Shown: in pieces, positions 61,449 through 64,000 of the stretch
Layout: every line of letters begins with the position of its first letter
How positions within the stretch are numbered: position 1 is the stretch's first letter
Assembly: GCA_037445065.1 (NCBI GenBank)
Contig: JBBILD010000014.1
Coordinates: 29,496 to 93,495 of the forward strand
DNA length: 64,000 nucleotides
Source: Myxococcales bacterium
GTDB taxonomy: Bacteria; Desulfobacterota; Binatia; HRBIN30
Reading direction: 5' to 3'
Program-made: the position numbers and the translations under genes
Notes under the pieces: generated by a model
Seen by the model: the letters and a program-made list of their open reading frames with translations, nothing else
The model's database searches: none
What the model was told of the DNA's origin: nothing

Positions 61449-62333
61449 ATGCCGCGCGCACGCGCCAACGGGATCGAAATCGAATACGAAGAGTTCGGGT
61501 CGCCACAGAGCCCCGCCATGCTGCTGATCATGGGGCTGGGCGCGCAAATGATTTTGTGGCGAGACGATTTTTGCCGTCTCCTCGTGGAGCGGGGTTTCCG
61601 CGTGGTCCGCTTCGACAATCGCGACGTTGGCCGCTCCACCTGGCTCGATCACTTGGGAGTCCCGAACATCATGCAGGCGATGGCAGCGGCCGTGAGCGGG
61701 CAGCCCTTCGATGCCCCATATCGGCTGAGCGACATGGCGGCCGACGCCGCCGGGCTGCTCGATGCACTGGGCATTGCCAAGGCCCATGTGGTCGGTGCCT
61801 CGATGGGCGGTATGATTGCGCAAACCCTGGCCATCGAACATCCCGAACGCGTGGCCAGCCTGACCTCGATCATGTCGAGCACGGGCGAGCCGGGCCTCCC
61901 GCCGCCAGAGCCGCAAGCCATGAGCGTGCTGCTGGCCCCGCAACCGAACACTCTTGAAGCGGCCATCGAGCGCGGGGTGCAGGTGTTTCGCACCATCGGT
62001 AGCCCAAAGTATTTCGACGAGCAGGAAGTGCGCGAACTTGCCGGGAAGGCATTCGACCGCGGCTTCAACCCGGCTGGTGTGATGCGCCAGCTGGCCGCGA
62101 TTCTGGCCTCGGGAAGCCGCAAGGAAGCCTTGGCAAACGTGCGTGTGCCGGCGCTGGTGATCCACGGTCGGATCGATCCGCTCGTGCCCTTTGCCGCAGG
62201 GGAGGCCACCGCGCGCGCCATCCCGGGAGCTGAGTTGCTGGCTTTCGAAGACATGGGTCATGACATGCCGCGTCCCTTGTGGCCTTCCATGATCAGGGCG
62301 ATCGAAGCCACTGCGCGCCGTGCCCGGCTGTGA
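61449..62333 (+). CDS. Alpha/beta hydrolase
   Basis: IMGLG, FDNRDVG, GASMGG nucleophile, HGRIDP, MGHD. Confidence 0.92.
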   Translation: MPRARANGIEIEYEEFGSPQSPAMLLIMGLGAQMILWRDDFCRLLVERGFRVVRFDNRDVGRSTWLDHLGVPNIMQAMAAAVSGQPFDAPYRLSDMAADAAGLLDALGIAKAHVVGASMGGMIAQTLAIEHPERVASLTSIMSSTGEPGLPPPEPQAMSVLLAPQPNTLEAAIERGVQVFRTIGSPKYFDEQEVRELAGKAFDRGFNPAGVMRQLAAILASGSRKEALANVRVPALVIHGRIDPLVPFAAGEATARAIPGAELLAFEDMGHDMPRPLWPSMIRAIEATARRARL

Positions 62334-63187
62334 GAGCCGCTGTCCCGCTGCTGCTCTGCGCCGCGTTATCGGCCTGTGCCTCCCCTGCCGGAGAGCGCTT
62401 GCGTTTGGCAACGACGACCAGCGTGGAAAACTCGGGTTTGCTGGGGCATCTCGTGCCGCTCTTCGAACGAGCGAGTGGGATTCGGGTGGAGGTCATCCCC
62501 ACCGGCAGCGGAAAGGCACTCAAGCTGGCAGAAAACGGCGATGCCGACTGCGTGTTGTCGCACGCCCCTGGCCTCGAACGAGCATTCCTGGACCGGCAAG
62601 CCGTCATCGAACCCGCCCCCATCATGTACAACGAATTCGTGCTGGTGGGTCCGCCGGAAGACCCGGCTCGCGTGCGCGAGGCCACTTCGCTCGCCCAGGC
62701 GTTGCGCCTGATTGCGGCGGCGCAAGGCTTCTTTTTTTCTCGCGGTGACGACTCCGGCACGCACGAAATGGAACGAACGCTGTGGCAGGAAGCCGGAATT
62801 GCGCCGAGCGGCCGCTGGTATTTCCAGACCGGCCAGGGGATGGGCGCCACGCTCCGCATTGCCTACGAGCGGCGAGGGTACACGTTGTCGGACACTGCCA
62901 CCTTCGCCCAGTTCGCAGGTCGCGGGGACCTGCAAGTTTTGGCGAGGGACACCCCGCCGCGTCGCAACGTTTACTCGGTCATGGCGACCAATCCGCAACG
63001 TTATCCGAGCGCTCGATACGCGCAGGCACGTAAGCTCATCGCCTGGCTCGCTTCGGCGGATGGCCAGCGCGCGATTGCATCCTTCCGGCCGAAAGGAGAG
63101 GAACTGTTTCACCCACTGTCTCTGAGCGCGCCTCCCCTGGGGTCTTGCACCCCCGAATTGGGCCGGGGCTGCGTTCCCGCTCCGTGA
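62330..63187 (+). CDS. tupA: Tungstate ABC transporter substrate-binding lipoprotein
   Basis: Lipobox LSAC, LATTTS signature, SRGDDSGTH, GQGMG. Confidence 0.88.
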   Translation: MRAAVPLLLCAALSACASPAGERLRLATTTSVENSGLLGHLVPLFERASGIRVEVIPTGSGKALKLAENGDADCVLSHAPGLERAFLDRQAVIEPAPIMYNEFVLVGPPEDPARVREATSLAQALRLIAAAQGFFFSRGDDSGTHEMERTLWQEAGIAPSGRWYFQTGQGMGATLRIAYERRGYTLSDTATFAQFAGRGDLQVLARDTPPRRNVYSVMATNPQRYPSARYAQARKLIAWLASADGQRAIASFRPKGEELFHPLSLSAPPLGSCTPELGRGCVPAP

Positions 63188-63262
63188 GTGGAGAACATCA
63201 GCCAGCGCGCGGGGGAACTTGTTGCTCGAGAAGCCGCGTGCTTGCCTGTTGCGCTGGCGAAC

Positions 63263-63958
63263 ATGTCCCTGCTGGAAGCATTCCTCACTGCGATTCGCTT
63301 GCTCGTGGGATTCGATCCGCAGGTGTGGGGCGCGGCTTGGATGACCCTGTACGTCTCGGTGGTGGCAACGGTCTGTGCGATGAGTTTCGGCGTTCCGGTT
63401 GGATTTCTGCTGGCGCGCCGAAAAGGGGGCGGGCAACAGGTCCTTGCGGTGTTCCTGAGAACCCTGACTGCCCTCCCCACTGTGGTGGTCGGGCTCGTGG
63501 TGTATGCCTTGCTGTCACGCAGCGGCCCGCTTGGTTTCTTGGGTTTGCTCTACACGCCAGCGGCCATGATTGTGGGCGAGACTCTGCTGGTGACACCACT
63601 TGTGGCGGCGTTGACCTTCGGCTTGGTCCGCAGCGCGGATCCGCGCATCGAGGAGACGGCGCTCACCTTGGGAGCCACGCCCCTGCGCGCCGCCTGGATG
63701 CTGGTGCACGAACTCCGAACTGGGTTCGCGATGGTGCTTGCGACCGCCTTTGGGCGTTTGGTGTCGGAGTTGGGGGTCGCCCTCATGGTCGGAGGCAACA
63801 TCTTGGGTGCCACCCGCACCCTGACCACGGCGATTGCCCTGGAAACAGGCAAAGGCGAGTTTGCGCTGGCCTTAGCACTCGGGATCGTCCTCTTGGCCGT
63901 AGCGCTCCTGGTGAACTTGGCGGTCTCCTGGTCCACCGCCTCGGCGCGACTCCCATGA
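63263..63958 (+). CDS. tupB: Tungstate ABC transporter permease
   Basis: LPTVVVGL..Y..LSRSGPLG, EAA-like loop, VGGNI..TRTLTTAIALET.KG. Confidence 0.9.
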   Translation: MSLLEAFLTAIRLLVGFDPQVWGAAWMTLYVSVVATVCAMSFGVPVGFLLARRKGGGQQVLAVFLRTLTALPTVVVGLVVYALLSRSGPLGFLGLLYTPAAMIVGETLLVTPLVAALTFGLVRSADPRIEETALTLGATPLRAAWMLVHELRTGFAMVLATAFGRLVSELGVALMVGGNILGATRTLTTAIALETGKGEFALALALGIVLLAVALLVNLAVSWSTASARLP

Positions 63959-64000
63959 CAGCCAACTCCCAACTCGCCTACTTGGTTCGCGGGCTCGAAT
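63955..64000 (+). CDS. Partial CDS, probably the tungstate ABC ATPase
   Basis: ATG overlaps the tupB stop (ATGA) and the frame is open to the window edge; identity inferred from operon context only. Confidence 0.5.
   Translation, partial: MTANSQLAYLVRGLE

Overview
GC-rich bacterial chromosomal window. The Thr/Pro-linker secreted proteins with Cys-rich or dockerin-like modules and the actinobacterial-style lipid catabolism genes suggest a Binatia/Deltaproteobacteria-like diderm, which is inference only. Most content is housekeeping or metabolic: a DUF2892-TolC-MFP-RND efflux operon, a ferredoxin and a radical SAM enzyme, aceE, rnj-ftsK-lolA-yajQ, a type II-like pantothenate kinase, an argA-like gene, nadA, paired acyl-CoA dehydrogenases, sdhCAB and tupAB(C). 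Two regions stand out. (1) 55.6-62.3 kb: an ACP, acyl-CoA dehydrogenase and ketosynthase operon sits divergent from a LuxI/FeeM-like GNAT acyltransferase. The acyltransferase is followed by a ~9-TM GAF histidine kinase and an alpha/beta hydrolase, making a candidate lipid-signal synthesis and sensing system. (2) 22.7-30.4 kb: a gene-poor region around a RAYT-type HUH/Y1 transposase with an in-frame TGA. It carries clustered, orientation-polarised copies of a non-palindromic AGGACACCCA motif. I saw no rRNA, tRNA or CRISPR array. All calls come from reading motifs by eye; no database searches were run.
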